Assembly: GCA_047975765.1 (NCBI GenBank)
Contig: JBKEEF010000003.1
Span: forward strand, 3,923 to 67,922
Source: Alphaproteobacteria bacterium
Lineage (GTDB): Bacteria > Pseudomonadota > Alphaproteobacteria > RF32 > CAG-239
Length of the DNA stretch: 64,000 nt
Direction: 5' to 3'
Position numbers and translations under genes: made by a program. Shown here one piece after another: positions 42,168 through 51,282 of the stretch (within the stretch, counting starts at the first letter, position 1; the number at the start of each line of letters is the position of its first letter). Under the pieces are notes generated by a model. That model did no database searches. It worked only from the letters and a program-made list of their open reading frames with translations, and had not been told where the DNA came from.

Positions 42168-42689
42168 ATGAAAAATAAACTAGAAATAGGCGATAAAGTC
42201 ACTTTCACGGCATTTGATGATGAAAGAGAGTTTAAAACGGAAGGTGTTGTTAGTTCTATTCACCAAGACGGAAGTATAGAAGTTCAAACAATTGATGGTT
42301 TGGAAGTCTATCTTTTAGAAAACGATGTTGATGTGATTAAGGTTGATACACACCAACATATAAAAAATGATGGAGCTTGTTTGCCTGAAGGATATGACTG
42401 GTCTCAAAGAATGAGAATTGACCAAGCTTTGACTGAAAATTCACAAGTTGAAGCTCTTCTTGAAATAAACAAAGATTTAGAAAATAGGCTTGCTAAGCTT
42501 AGGAATGCTTTTGTTGAAGAGATGAAAAAGAATAAAGAGCTTGAAGGTGTTATTTCTTCAGCTCTGACTGAACTTGATAAGGTTGATAATAATCACAAAA
42601 TCACAGCAGGACAAGATTATTACTTCCCTCGTCAAGCTCTTAATAGAGCAAGAGAAACACTAAGAGTTTATCCGGAGATTGTAAAATGA
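42168..42689 (+). CDS. Hypothetical phage protein (start taken at MKNKLEIGDK)
   Basis: Coiled-coil-rich ORF with no recognisable domain. Confidence 0.3.
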   Translation: MKNKLEIGDKVTFTAFDDEREFKTEGVVSSIHQDGSIEVQTIDGLEVYLLENDVDVIKVDTHQHIKNDGACLPEGYDWSQRMRIDQALTENSQVEALLEINKDLENRLAKLRNAFVEEMKKNKELEGVISSALTELDKVDNNHKITAGQDYYFPRQALNRARETLRVYPEIVK

Positions 42690-43258
42690 TAGAATGGAAA
42701 AAGCCATCTCAACATCCAGAAAGTAATGATAATTGGGGACTTGTTGAAATTGTTTATGTTAATACTAAAGGAAGCTATAGATTGTCCACATATTCAACTA
42801 AATCAAAGGATTTTATATATGGTGGATATGACTGGGATTGTGTTGATAAATGGTGTTATTTTAATGAGTTTCTTAACTTAGATTCTCAAATTATAGCCTT
42901 AATGAAGGATACAGAAGAGCAAAAAAAGAGAATTAAATATCTCAAAGCTGAAATTGAATTTAATAAGAAACAAATAACCAGACAAGCTGGTAATATGGAG
43001 CATTGTTTGGGGTTTTTTAATGGAAAGAAGCCGAAAACATTCTTCAGGAATTATTGGGTAGGAGCGAATGACGATAATGATGAATTATCTGAGCTTGGTT
43101 TTATGGAAAAATATGAAACTCTAGGAAAAACAGCTTATAGAGTATTGCCTAAGGGAATTGATTTTCTTTTGGGATATGAATTTTCAAAGAAAAATAAAAA
43201 GGTTTTGTTGAAAACTGAAACACTTTATGAAAAAGATTTCGAGGTGCAAAATGGCTAA
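42686..43258 (+). CDS. Hypothetical phage protein
   Basis: 190 aa; overlapping start/stop with neighbours. Confidence 0.3.
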   Translation: MIEWKKPSQHPESNDNWGLVEIVYVNTKGSYRLSTYSTKSKDFIYGGYDWDCVDKWCYFNEFLNLDSQIIALMKDTEEQKKRIKYLKAEIEFNKKQITRQAGNMEHCLGFFNGKKPKTFFRNYWVGANDDNDELSELGFMEKYETLGKTAYRVLPKGIDFLLGYEFSKKNKKVLLKTETLYEKDFEVQNG

Positions 43259-43532
43259 ATATCAAATTCAGCAAGAAGAAACTGCAGGCAGATTGCCATA
43301 TCCTTTCTTCGTAGATGAAAATGGCGAGGTTGTGGGTAATTTTTTGAAGGCAAAATATAAAAAGGTTGTAGGCTTTTCAAAAACACCTACACCGAGAAAT
43401 CTTCAAGAATTTTCTTCTCAGATGAAACATCCAGAGAAAAACAAAGGAAAGTATCTTGTCGTTGCTGATCATAATGATGATTGGTTCACATTAATAAATC
43501 CAATTTACGAAGTTACAAAGGTAGGTGAATGA
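43251..43532 (+). CDS. Hypothetical phage protein (start taken at MAKYQ)
   Basis: ATGGCTAA overlap with the preceding stop. Confidence 0.3.
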   Translation: MAKYQIQQEETAGRLPYPFFVDENGEVVGNFLKAKYKKVVGFSKTPTPRNLQEFSSQMKHPEKNKGKYLVVADHNDDWFTLINPIYEVTKVGE

Positions 43533-43762
43533 TGTGTTTTATTGAAGTTACATCTTTTAGTGATGAGGGAAGACACCTTATAAAAATTAAAGATATTGTT
43601 TGTGTCTCAGAGAAAGAAATTCATTGTTTACGTAAGGAGGATAGTAAGAATCAAAAAATTTATATTTGTTATATAACTTTATCTTCTGGTGAATTAATAA
43701 AGGTTAATGAAAATTATGGGGTTATAACTCAAAAAATATATGGGGCATTAAAAAATGTCTGA
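43529..43762 (+). CDS. Hypothetical phage protein
   Basis: 77 aa; ATGA overlap. Confidence 0.25.
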   Translation: MMCFIEVTSFSDEGRHLIKIKDIVCVSEKEIHCLRKEDSKNQKIYICYITLSSGELIKVNENYGVITQKIYGALKNV

Positions 43763-43943
43763 AAAACTAAAAATCAAAGATGGTAAAGTTGGAAAAAATG
43801 TCGGCTTTGAAAGGATTAGACGGATTACGGGTTATTTGGTTGGCCGTTTAGACCGTTTTAATAACGCAAAAAGGGCTGAGGTTGAGGACAGAGTTAAACA
43901 TTCTATAAATGAGGAGAAAAGAAGTGAAAAAAGTTTTAAGTGA
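43755..43943 (+). CDS. Hypothetical phage protein
   Basis: 62 aa. Confidence 0.25.
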   Translation: MSEKLKIKDGKVGKNVGFERIRRITGYLVGRLDRFNNAKRAEVEDRVKHSINEEKRSEKSFK

Positions 43944-44109
43944 TTTAATAAGTGTTATTTTGAGTTTGTTATTGTTTTTCATTTCCTTGCTTGGATTTGT
44001 TTTTCTATCTGATACATCTCACTATATGCTAGGCTTTTCTTTCATATTCTTGTTAGGTTGGTTCGGTGGCTGGATTGATAAAACAAGGGATATGAAGCAA
44101 AAGATTTGA
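43909..44109 (+). CDS. Holin-like small membrane protein (two TM helices)
   Basis: 66 aa; two hydrophobic helices and a charged C-terminus; last + strand gene before the endolysin module. Confidence 0.4.
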   Translation: MRRKEVKKVLSDLISVILSLLLFFISLLGFVFLSDTSHYMLGFSFIFLLGWFGGWIDKTRDMKQKI

Positions 44110-44140
44110 TAAAAAAGCCGGTTAATTACCGGCTTTTTCT
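44108..44140. terminator. Bidirectional terminator (AAAAAAGCCGGT-TAAT-ACCGGCTTTTT)
   Basis: Perfect hairpin between convergent genes. Confidence 0.6.
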
Positions 44141-44799
44141 TTATTTAATGCGTCTTGAAAATCTACTAAATTGATAATTTTATCAAAAACAGGACTTAGT
44201 TGATAAATGCCAACATGCTGCTTTTGATTTGGAATTATAAATCCTGTTCTTTGTAGCCCGTAAATTAGAGCATTAAATTCATTTATATCACTATATGTTT
44301 CTCTTGCTTTTACATAATAAGGACTTGGATCTCGCATCTCTTGTTTAGCAAAAGTTTGAAAGCCCCCTATTTTTTCTTTTTCAGAATCTTTTTTTAGCTT
44401 ATAAAGAAGTGCTAAAGTTTGAATTTCTTCATAAGAGAGTGTTTCTAAAATTTGAGCATAACGAGAAAATTGACTTGAATATAATCCTTTTTCAAGCTTC
44501 CCTCCATTTAATAAAGAGTTTATAAGTTTAGCTAGAAGCCTTAAATTTATTTTTGCATTTCCATTAATGGAAGAGAGCATAAACCTATGAATTATTGATA
44601 GTCGTTCATCTGCACCTATACTTGAAAAATCACCTTCTTTTACCTCATCCAACAAGATATCTCTCGCTTTTTCAATTTTTTCTTGTTGGTATGCTTTATA
44701 TATCTCTGACATAGCTCCTGTCGGAATACCAACAAGGGAAAGCGCATCAGCTATTCCTTCTGTTATTGTTTTAGTTAGTGTATTTTCATTATTTGGCAT
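44122..44799 (-). CDS. Opposite-strand cargo ('moron') gene inside the prophage; soluble hypothetical protein
   Basis: 225 aa; only reverse-strand gene in the phage body apart from the repressor; own terminator and AT-rich promoter region; no recognisable domain. Confidence 0.5.
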   Translation of the reverse strand: MPNNENTLTKTITEGIADALSLVGIPTGAMSEIYKAYQQEKIEKARDILLDEVKEGDFSSIGADERLSIIHRFMLSSINGNAKINLRLLAKLINSLLNGGKLEKGLYSSQFSRYAQILETLSYEEIQTLALLYKLKKDSEKEKIGGFQTFAKQEMRDPSPYYVKARETYSDINEFNALIYGLQRTGFIIPNQKQHVGIYQLSPVFDKIINLVDFQDALNKEKAGN

Positions 44800-45011
44800 G
44801 ACTTACTCCTTTTTATGTTTTTTTTATAAATTTACAGTTTTTAACTGAATATGTAAAATAAAAAAATAAGTTGATTTAAAATTATAAATGAAATAATAAT
44901 CAATTATTGTTTATTAATATCAACTCTTTGACTGAACAGGTCATCTTAAAATTTTTGAATAATCTATTTACCCTTATAAACTAATAAAGTCGTTTATAAG
45001 GGTTTTTTGTT

Positions 45012-45539
45012 ATGACAGATAATTTTTTTGAAAAAGCATTTTCGCAAACATTTAAGACTGAGGGTGGTTATGTTAACAACCCGAATGATAGTGGTGGGCC
45101 AACTAAGTATGGGATAACTCTTAAGACTTATCGCCAATATTATCCTTCAGCAACAATCAATACAATAAAAAATTTAACTCCAGAACAAGCCAAAGTCTTT
45201 TATCGTGAATATTTCTGGCTCAAAAATGGCTATGATAAAATAAAAATTGAATGTTTTGCTCTTAAAGTTTTTGATGCTTGCGTCAATATGGGGGAGTTTC
45301 AAGCTCATCTTTGTCTTCAAAGAGCATTGAATTGTGTGGGTTCAAAATTAAAAGAAGATGGTGTTTTGGGAGAAAACACTCTTAAAGTTCTTAATTTTAC
45401 AGGTGATCCAACTTGGAACTTTGCAGTCTTATGTTCATACAAATCTGAACTTGCAGGATTTTATAGAGTTTTAATTGCAAAAAAGCCTAAAAATAAAGAG
45501 TTTGAAACGGGATGGTTGAAAAGGGCTTATCATGGTTGA
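45012..45539 (+). CDS. Endolysin, glycoside hydrolase family 108 N-acetylmuramidase-like
   Basis: EGGYVNNPNDSGGPTKYGIT GH108 signature with a PG-binding-like C-terminal part. Confidence 0.75.
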   Translation: MTDNFFEKAFSQTFKTEGGYVNNPNDSGGPTKYGITLKTYRQYYPSATINTIKNLTPEQAKVFYREYFWLKNGYDKIKIECFALKVFDACVNMGEFQAHLCLQRALNCVGSKLKEDGVLGENTLKVLNFTGDPTWNFAVLCSYKSELAGFYRVLIAKKPKNKEFETGWLKRAYHG

Positions 45540-45738
45540 TGTAGCTGATATTGCGACTGAGCAAATTGAACTCAATAAAGAATTTTCTATAAGAAATTTT
45601 AGAAAAAATCTTATGCATCACAAAAAATCACAAAAATTTTGTTTGGAATGTGGAGAAGAAATTCCCTTAGCTCGTCGTAATGCTGTGGCGGGCTGTGAAT
45701 ATTGTATTGATTGTCAGCTTGAAATTGAAAAGGAGTGA
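45532..45738 (+). CDS. TraR/DksA-family C4 zinc-finger protein
   Basis: CLECGEEIPLARR...CEYCIDCQ C4 arrangement. Confidence 0.6.
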   Translation: MVDVADIATEQIELNKEFSIRNFRKNLMHHKKSQKFCLECGEEIPLARRNAVAGCEYCIDCQLEIEKE

Positions 45739-45950
45739 AAATGACAAAGGCTAATAGAATGTTAGAAGAAAAAATGGGCTATCTAGTAGGTACGATTGAA
45801 GCTATGGATAAGCGATTGCAACGAATGGAAGAAAAACAGGACAAACAGTTGAAAGTTACTGCTGTTAATTCATTTATTTGCTCTTCGGTTGTGGGTGTCG
45901 CAACAACTATAGTTATTGCAAAGCTTAAAAATTCTTTAGGAATGATGTAA
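45735..45950 (+). CDS. Small membrane protein in the lysis module (spanin or lysis-regulator candidate)
   Basis: 71 aa with a C-terminal TM helix. Confidence 0.3.
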   Translation: MKMTKANRMLEEKMGYLVGTIEAMDKRLQRMEEKQDKQLKVTAVNSFICSSVVGVATTIVIAKLKNSLGMM

Positions 45951-45961
45951 AGAAAGGTAAG

Positions 45962-46468
45962 ATGATGGCTTATGGTGTTAAACAAAAAAATGAGGTACGG
46001 AAGAATTATATTCATAAACTTCTACCGTTAACTCAAGCAGCAAAAATTGCTGGAGTACCAATTGCCACAGCCAGAAGGTGGAAAACACTTTCTTATGAGC
46101 AAGGGGATGACTGGGATAAACAAAAAGCAGCATCTTCATTAAGTTCAGGCAGCCGGGATGACTTAGTCAAGGTCTTGGTTAATGATTATGTCATTTTTCA
46201 TCAATCTGTTATGGAAAGTCTAAAAACTGCAGAAGCAATGACAGCTAAAGAAAAAGTTGATGCTTTAGCATCTCTTGCTGATGCTTTTTCAAAGACGATG
46301 AAATCTGCAGGACAAGCAAGCCCAGAGTTATCAAAACTTGCTGTTGCTAATGATATTATTCAGTTGCTTGGTGATTTTATCAAAAATAAATATCCTCAAC
46401 ATATTGTGGCTTTTTTAGAAATTATAGAACCTTTCGGTGAGGAGGTTGCTATTAACTATGGCAAATAA
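45962..46468 (+). CDS. Mu gp27-like terminase small subunit (DUF1804-like, HTH)
   Basis: LTQAAKIAGVPIATARRWK...GDDWDK N-terminal HTH typical of Mu-like small terminases; sits before the large terminase. Confidence 0.55.
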   Translation: MMAYGVKQKNEVRKNYIHKLLPLTQAAKIAGVPIATARRWKTLSYEQGDDWDKQKAASSLSSGSRDDLVKVLVNDYVIFHQSVMESLKTAEAMTAKEKVDALASLADAFSKTMKSAGQASPELSKLAVANDIIQLLGDFIKNKYPQHIVAFLEIIEPFGEEVAINYGK

Positions 46469-48152
46469 AGTCTCAAAATCAGATTTCAAAAAGACACTTT
46501 CAGATTATGCTCTGAATTTTAGAAAGCAAATTGAAAACGCAAATAGCGGTTTTGATGATTCAAAGCAAGCAGCGAATAAGAGAATTGCTGAAGCTTTTGT
46601 TGATTTTGAGTTTTTTTCAAGAACTTATTTTCCCCATTATATTAGAGATAAAAAAAATCCTCTCACGCAAATGCTTGAAAGAGTTAAGCCATCTTTGTTG
46701 CACAAATGGCTCTATCTTACTTTCCCTAAAATCTTTAAGTCTCCTTTTGGTGTTTCTCAGGCATTAGCCGCACCTCGTGGAGAAGCAAAAACAACTTATG
46801 TTATGATCGCAATTATGTATTGTATTGTTTATGATCTAAAACATTATATTTTGTTTATCCAAGATGTTTTTGATAATGCTGCCGTTTTGATTGAGGCAAT
46901 CAAAGCTGAATTAGAGTATAATCAAAGGCTCAAAAATGACTTCCCTCACGCCTGTGGAAAGAGTAGTATTTGGAAAGAAGGTGTTATTGTTACAAAAAAC
47001 AATATCAAGATTCATGCACGTGGTGCTGGTCAAAAACTTCGTGGTCTTAAGCATGGGGCTTTTCGTCCTGATCTCGTTATTCTAGATGATATTGAAAATG
47101 ATGAACTTGTGGTTCGTGTTGAAAATCGTAATAAACTCAATGAATGGCTCAATAAGGCTGTTGAAAACTTGGGTGAAGCCGGTGCAAAATTAGATATTAT
47201 TTATATTGGAACAATTCTTCACTATGACTCCGTTTTGAACCGCACACTTAATAACCCAATGTGGCAGTCAGTTATTTTTAAGGCAATTGTTGAATGGCCT
47301 CATAATATGGCTTTATGGGATAGATGGGAAGAAATTTTAAGAAATACTGATAAGGCAACTGCTCAAGCTGCAGCAGATGAGTTTTATTTTCAAAACAAAG
47401 CTCAAATGGATGAGGGAGCTGTCGTTTCGTGGCCTGATAAAAGAGATTTATATTCTTTGATGAAGTTAAGGGTGAAAGTTGGGACTGCATCCTTTGAAGC
47501 AGAATATCAAAATGACCCTCTTAGTTCTGAAGACGCAATTTTCACTGACTTTACTTATTGGAATGTTTTGTCTGAAAAATTGATATTCTTTGGTGCCGTT
47601 GATCCTTCACTTGGTAAAAAAGGGCAAAATCGTGACCCTTCAGCTATTGTGATTGGTGGAATTAATCGAACAACTATGAAAATGAAGTTGTTTGTTGCCG
47701 ATATCAAAAAACGTGTTCCTGATAAAATTATTTCAGATATGATTTATTATCAGAAAAAATACAATTGTGTTTTGTGGTTTGTTGAGACTGTCCAGTTCCA
47801 AGAATTTCTCAGAACAGAAATCCAAAGAAGAGCTAAGCTGGATAATGTTATTATGCCATGTATTGGTATTAATCAAAATGTTGACAAGGATTTGAGAATC
47901 CAAAGTTTGCAGCCTTATGTTAACGGTGGGGATATAGAGTTTGATCCAAGCCATTCAGCTCTTATCAATCAAATGAAACATTGGCCGAAAACTGCACATG
48001 ATGACGGTGTTGATGCACTGCATATTCTTTGGACTAATGCAGTCAAATATGCCAACAGAACTCAAACCGGTGGTCTTAAAACATTGAGCTCTATTGGGAG
48101 TTCATTGTTTAGAAGAAAAGAATGTAGGGTTGGCTTAAATGCGTATAAATAA
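46458..48152 (+). CDS. Terminase large subunit (Mu gp28-like); start taken at MANKV with GGAGG RBS
   Basis: ~565 aa; Walker-A-like AAPRGEAKTT; acidic nuclease residues in the C-terminal half; position after the small subunit. Confidence 0.7.
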   Translation: MANKVSKSDFKKTLSDYALNFRKQIENANSGFDDSKQAANKRIAEAFVDFEFFSRTYFPHYIRDKKNPLTQMLERVKPSLLHKWLYLTFPKIFKSPFGVSQALAAPRGEAKTTYVMIAIMYCIVYDLKHYILFIQDVFDNAAVLIEAIKAELEYNQRLKNDFPHACGKSSIWKEGVIVTKNNIKIHARGAGQKLRGLKHGAFRPDLVILDDIENDELVVRVENRNKLNEWLNKAVENLGEAGAKLDIIYIGTILHYDSVLNRTLNNPMWQSVIFKAIVEWPHNMALWDRWEEILRNTDKATAQAAADEFYFQNKAQMDEGAVVSWPDKRDLYSLMKLRVKVGTASFEAEYQNDPLSSEDAIFTDFTYWNVLSEKLIFFGAVDPSLGKKGQNRDPSAIVIGGINRTTMKMKLFVADIKKRVPDKIISDMIYYQKKYNCVLWFVETVQFQEFLRTEIQRRAKLDNVIMPCIGINQNVDKDLRIQSLQPYVNGGDIEFDPSHSALINQMKHWPKTAHDDGVDALHILWTNAVKYANRTQTGGLKTLSSIGSSLFRRKECRVGLNAYK

Positions 48153-48163
48153 GGTATATAAAA

Positions 48164-49591
48164 ATGACAAAGTCTAAAAACAATCGCAAAGAAATGAATA
48201 TTCAGCAAATAGTCAAAAAAGAGCTATCGCCATCCGCCGAATGGTATAAATCTCGGAGTTTTGGTGATGTTATTTATCCAGAAGATGATATTCTAAGGAA
48301 AAATGGATATCAAATGAAGATTTATAGAAGCCTTCTTTCTGATGAACAAATTAAAGCTTGCTTTAGTGGTCAGAGGGTTGCTGCTGTGGTTGCTGCCGAC
48401 TGGGAAATTATTCCAGCAAGTGATAGTTCTCTAGACAAAGAAATAGCTGAATTTGTTTCAAAAAACATTGAGCAATTGATGTTTGATGATAAAAGCAGAA
48501 AAATGCTCCATGCTAATTGGTTTGGGTATTCGGTCGCTGAGGTAATCTGGGGTTTAGATGATGATAAGATTATTATTAAAGACTTGAAAATTAGAAGACA
48601 GGAAAGATTTTGCTTTGGGGTGAATGGTGATTTATTTCTGAAGAAAAACCTCTTTGAAAAAGAAAGAATGCCAGACAAAAAGTTTTGGGTTCTTAAAGCC
48701 AGTGGCGATAATGATGATGATGTCTATGGGCTTGGTTTGGCAAATTCATGTTATTGGCCAGTATATCTAAAAAGAAATGGTTTGAAGTTTTGGTCTGTCT
48801 TGGTTGAAAAATTTGCTATTCCGACTGCAGTTGGAAAATATGTCCAAGGGGCTTCTGAAGAAGAAATTAAAGATTTGCTTCAAATGTTAGATGCGATTTC
48901 TTCAGAAACTTCAATTGCTGTTCCTGAAGGAACTGATGTTGACTTATTAGAGTCTATAAAGGCTTCTGGTGGTGATCACGAAAAATTCTGCAAATATCTT
49001 GACCAAATTATCGCAAAAGCAATTCTTGGACAAGATGGAACTTCAGAAAATGGAAGATATGCTGGAACTGCCGAAGTTCAGGAAAATGTTAAAGATTTGA
49101 TTGTCAAGTCAGATGCGGACTTGCTTTGTGAAAGTTTTGATGAAGTGATTAAATGGTTGGTTGCTTATAACTGGCCAGATGCAATCGCTCCAAAAATTGT
49201 GAGAAAATTTGAGCAAGTTGAAAATCTTAACACAAGTGTTGACCGGGATGTAAAAATTTCTAGTATGGGCTTTATGCCGACTGAAGAATATATCCAAGAG
49301 AAATATGGTGGTTCTTGGAAAAAATCTGAAGCAGGTTCTCCTTTATCCAATTTTTCGGAATCAGAAGATGAAGAGGAAAATAATGAAGATGTTTCTGATT
49401 GGGAAGAAATTGTTGATCCTATGCTTAAGCCTTTTGAAAAGCTTTTAGAAAATTGTAGTTCTTTTGAAGAACTGAGTTCCCGTCTTTTGGAAACGGTTAA
49501 TAGTATTGATACTACAAAGCTTGTTGATGAGTTGGCAAAGCAAAATTTTCTCGCTAGAGTTAAGGGGGTTTTAGGGGTTAAAGATGAATAA
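48164..49591 (+). CDS. Portal protein (Mu gp29-like, DUF935)
   Basis: 475 aa with an acidic C-terminus; between terminase and the Mu-F homolog. Confidence 0.65.
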   Translation: MTKSKNNRKEMNIQQIVKKELSPSAEWYKSRSFGDVIYPEDDILRKNGYQMKIYRSLLSDEQIKACFSGQRVAAVVAADWEIIPASDSSLDKEIAEFVSKNIEQLMFDDKSRKMLHANWFGYSVAEVIWGLDDDKIIIKDLKIRRQERFCFGVNGDLFLKKNLFEKERMPDKKFWVLKASGDNDDDVYGLGLANSCYWPVYLKRNGLKFWSVLVEKFAIPTAVGKYVQGASEEEIKDLLQMLDAISSETSIAVPEGTDVDLLESIKASGGDHEKFCKYLDQIIAKAILGQDGTSENGRYAGTAEVQENVKDLIVKSDADLLCESFDEVIKWLVAYNWPDAIAPKIVRKFEQVENLNTSVDRDVKISSMGFMPTEEYIQEKYGGSWKKSEAGSPLSNFSESEDEEENNEDVSDWEEIVDPMLKPFEKLLENCSSFEELSSRLLETVNSIDTTKLVDELAKQNFLARVKGVLGVKDE

Positions 49592-50858
49592 ACCAACTTA
49601 TACAACAAATTTTACGCCTAAAGAAGTTGTGGATTTCTTCCGTGAGAAGGGGTATAAAATCGGTTTTGATTATAGAGATGTTTGGAAAGAAGAACATGCA
49701 ATAGCTTTTACAGTTGCTAAAGCAACTAGCATTGATTTACTTCAAGATATTAGAAATTCCATAGATAAAGCAATTTCTGAAGGTTGGTCTTATCAAAAAT
49801 TTGAAAAAGATTTTAGAAGTGTCTGTCAGAAGAATGGATGGTGGGGCGAAAAGAAAATGGTAGACCCCGTAACCGGTGAAGAAAAAATTATAACTGCTGG
49901 TACACCACGTCGTGCAAAAACTATTCTTCGAACGAATAGAAATGCTGCTTATCAAGCAGGGGCTTGGCAAAGAATTGAAGATGCTGCAAAAGCATTTCCA
50001 GCACTTCAATATAAAGTTGGCCCATCCAAAGAGCATAGAGAAGATCATCTTCAGTGGAAAGATAGAATATTTGCTTGGGATGACCCTTTTTGGGATTCTT
50101 GGTATCCTAAAAATGGTCATGGTTGCGAATGTTGGGTTCGACAAATTTCAAAAAGGGAAATTGATTCGGGAAGTGTTGTTGTGAGTCCTTCACCAAAATT
50201 TGAATATGTAAACTATAAAAATAAAAGAACTGGAGAAGTCTCCCGTGTTCCTAAGGGAATCACTCCTGGCTTTGATTTTAATGTTGGAAAAGCTAGAATG
50301 AAAGCCTTTACACCGCCACCTTTGGGAAATATTCCTTCTACATTTCAAGATAGAAAGACGGAGCTTCCAGCAATACCATATCCTTCACCGTTGCCTAACA
50401 AGTATCTTTTGAAGGAAAATCTTTCAAATGAAGAATATTCAGCTGCTTTTTTAGGTGAGTTTGGTGTGAAAAAAGGGAAAAATCTTTATTTTAAGGATGT
50501 AATCGGTGATATCATGCCAATTAATGAAGGTCTTTTTACTGGTTCAGTTACGGGTTATAATAAAATTAATAAAAATGGACGTGGAAAATATGTCAAACTT
50601 TTGGCTATGAGTATTAAAGACCCTGATGAAATTTGGTTAAGATGGGAAAAAGACCACTTAGACAAATGGACGCTGAAGAAAAGATATATTAAAATTTGGG
50701 AAGAAAAAGATGGTTCTCATTGTTTGAGTGTTTTTGACAAATCTTCCGATGGTTGGAATGGTGTGACAACTTTCCCAGCAAAACAAGCAAAAAGTATGAA
50801 GGCAAGAGATGAATATATAAATCAATATAGAGATGGATTTCTTTTGTATAAAAAATAA
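49584..50858 (+). CDS. Mu F-like head morphogenesis protein (gp30)
   Basis: 424 aa; position and resemblance to the Phage_Mu_F family. Confidence 0.6.
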   Translation: MNKPTYTTNFTPKEVVDFFREKGYKIGFDYRDVWKEEHAIAFTVAKATSIDLLQDIRNSIDKAISEGWSYQKFEKDFRSVCQKNGWWGEKKMVDPVTGEEKIITAGTPRRAKTILRTNRNAAYQAGAWQRIEDAAKAFPALQYKVGPSKEHREDHLQWKDRIFAWDDPFWDSWYPKNGHGCECWVRQISKREIDSGSVVVSPSPKFEYVNYKNKRTGEVSRVPKGITPGFDFNVGKARMKAFTPPPLGNIPSTFQDRKTELPAIPYPSPLPNKYLLKENLSNEEYSAAFLGEFGVKKGKNLYFKDVIGDIMPINEGLFTGSVTGYNKINKNGRGKYVKLLAMSIKDPDEIWLRWEKDHLDKWTLKKRYIKIWEEKDGSHCLSVFDKSSDGWNGVTTFPAKQAKSMKARDEYINQYRDGFLLYKK

Positions 50859-51282
50859 GCCTCGGTTCAAGTGGCTGCCGAGGCAAGTTTAATAAACAAC
50901 CGATTCCGCCACCGGATGAGTTTATTGAACTTATGCTCCATATTATAGCTTCTTTTGAAAATAAAATCAATATTTTTATATTTCGTCAAAAAAAGCCCAA
51001 GAAACGACAATATATAAAAATATAATAGTCTGACGGTGAAAGCTTAAATACCCCTGTTAGATGTATGTTAGAAGTTGAACAATAGATATGTATATAATAA
51101 AAATAAACTTGTTTTTTGAAACTTCTTGACTTTAAAAATATAAAATTTATTAATTGCAATTATATCAAATTCATTTTTTATATGTAATATTAGTATTTTA
51201 ACTGAATACTTCATCTTAATTTCAATCAAAGTTTTAAGTAAATTACCTCCATGAGCAACGTATTTATCATGGAGGTGTTAAC

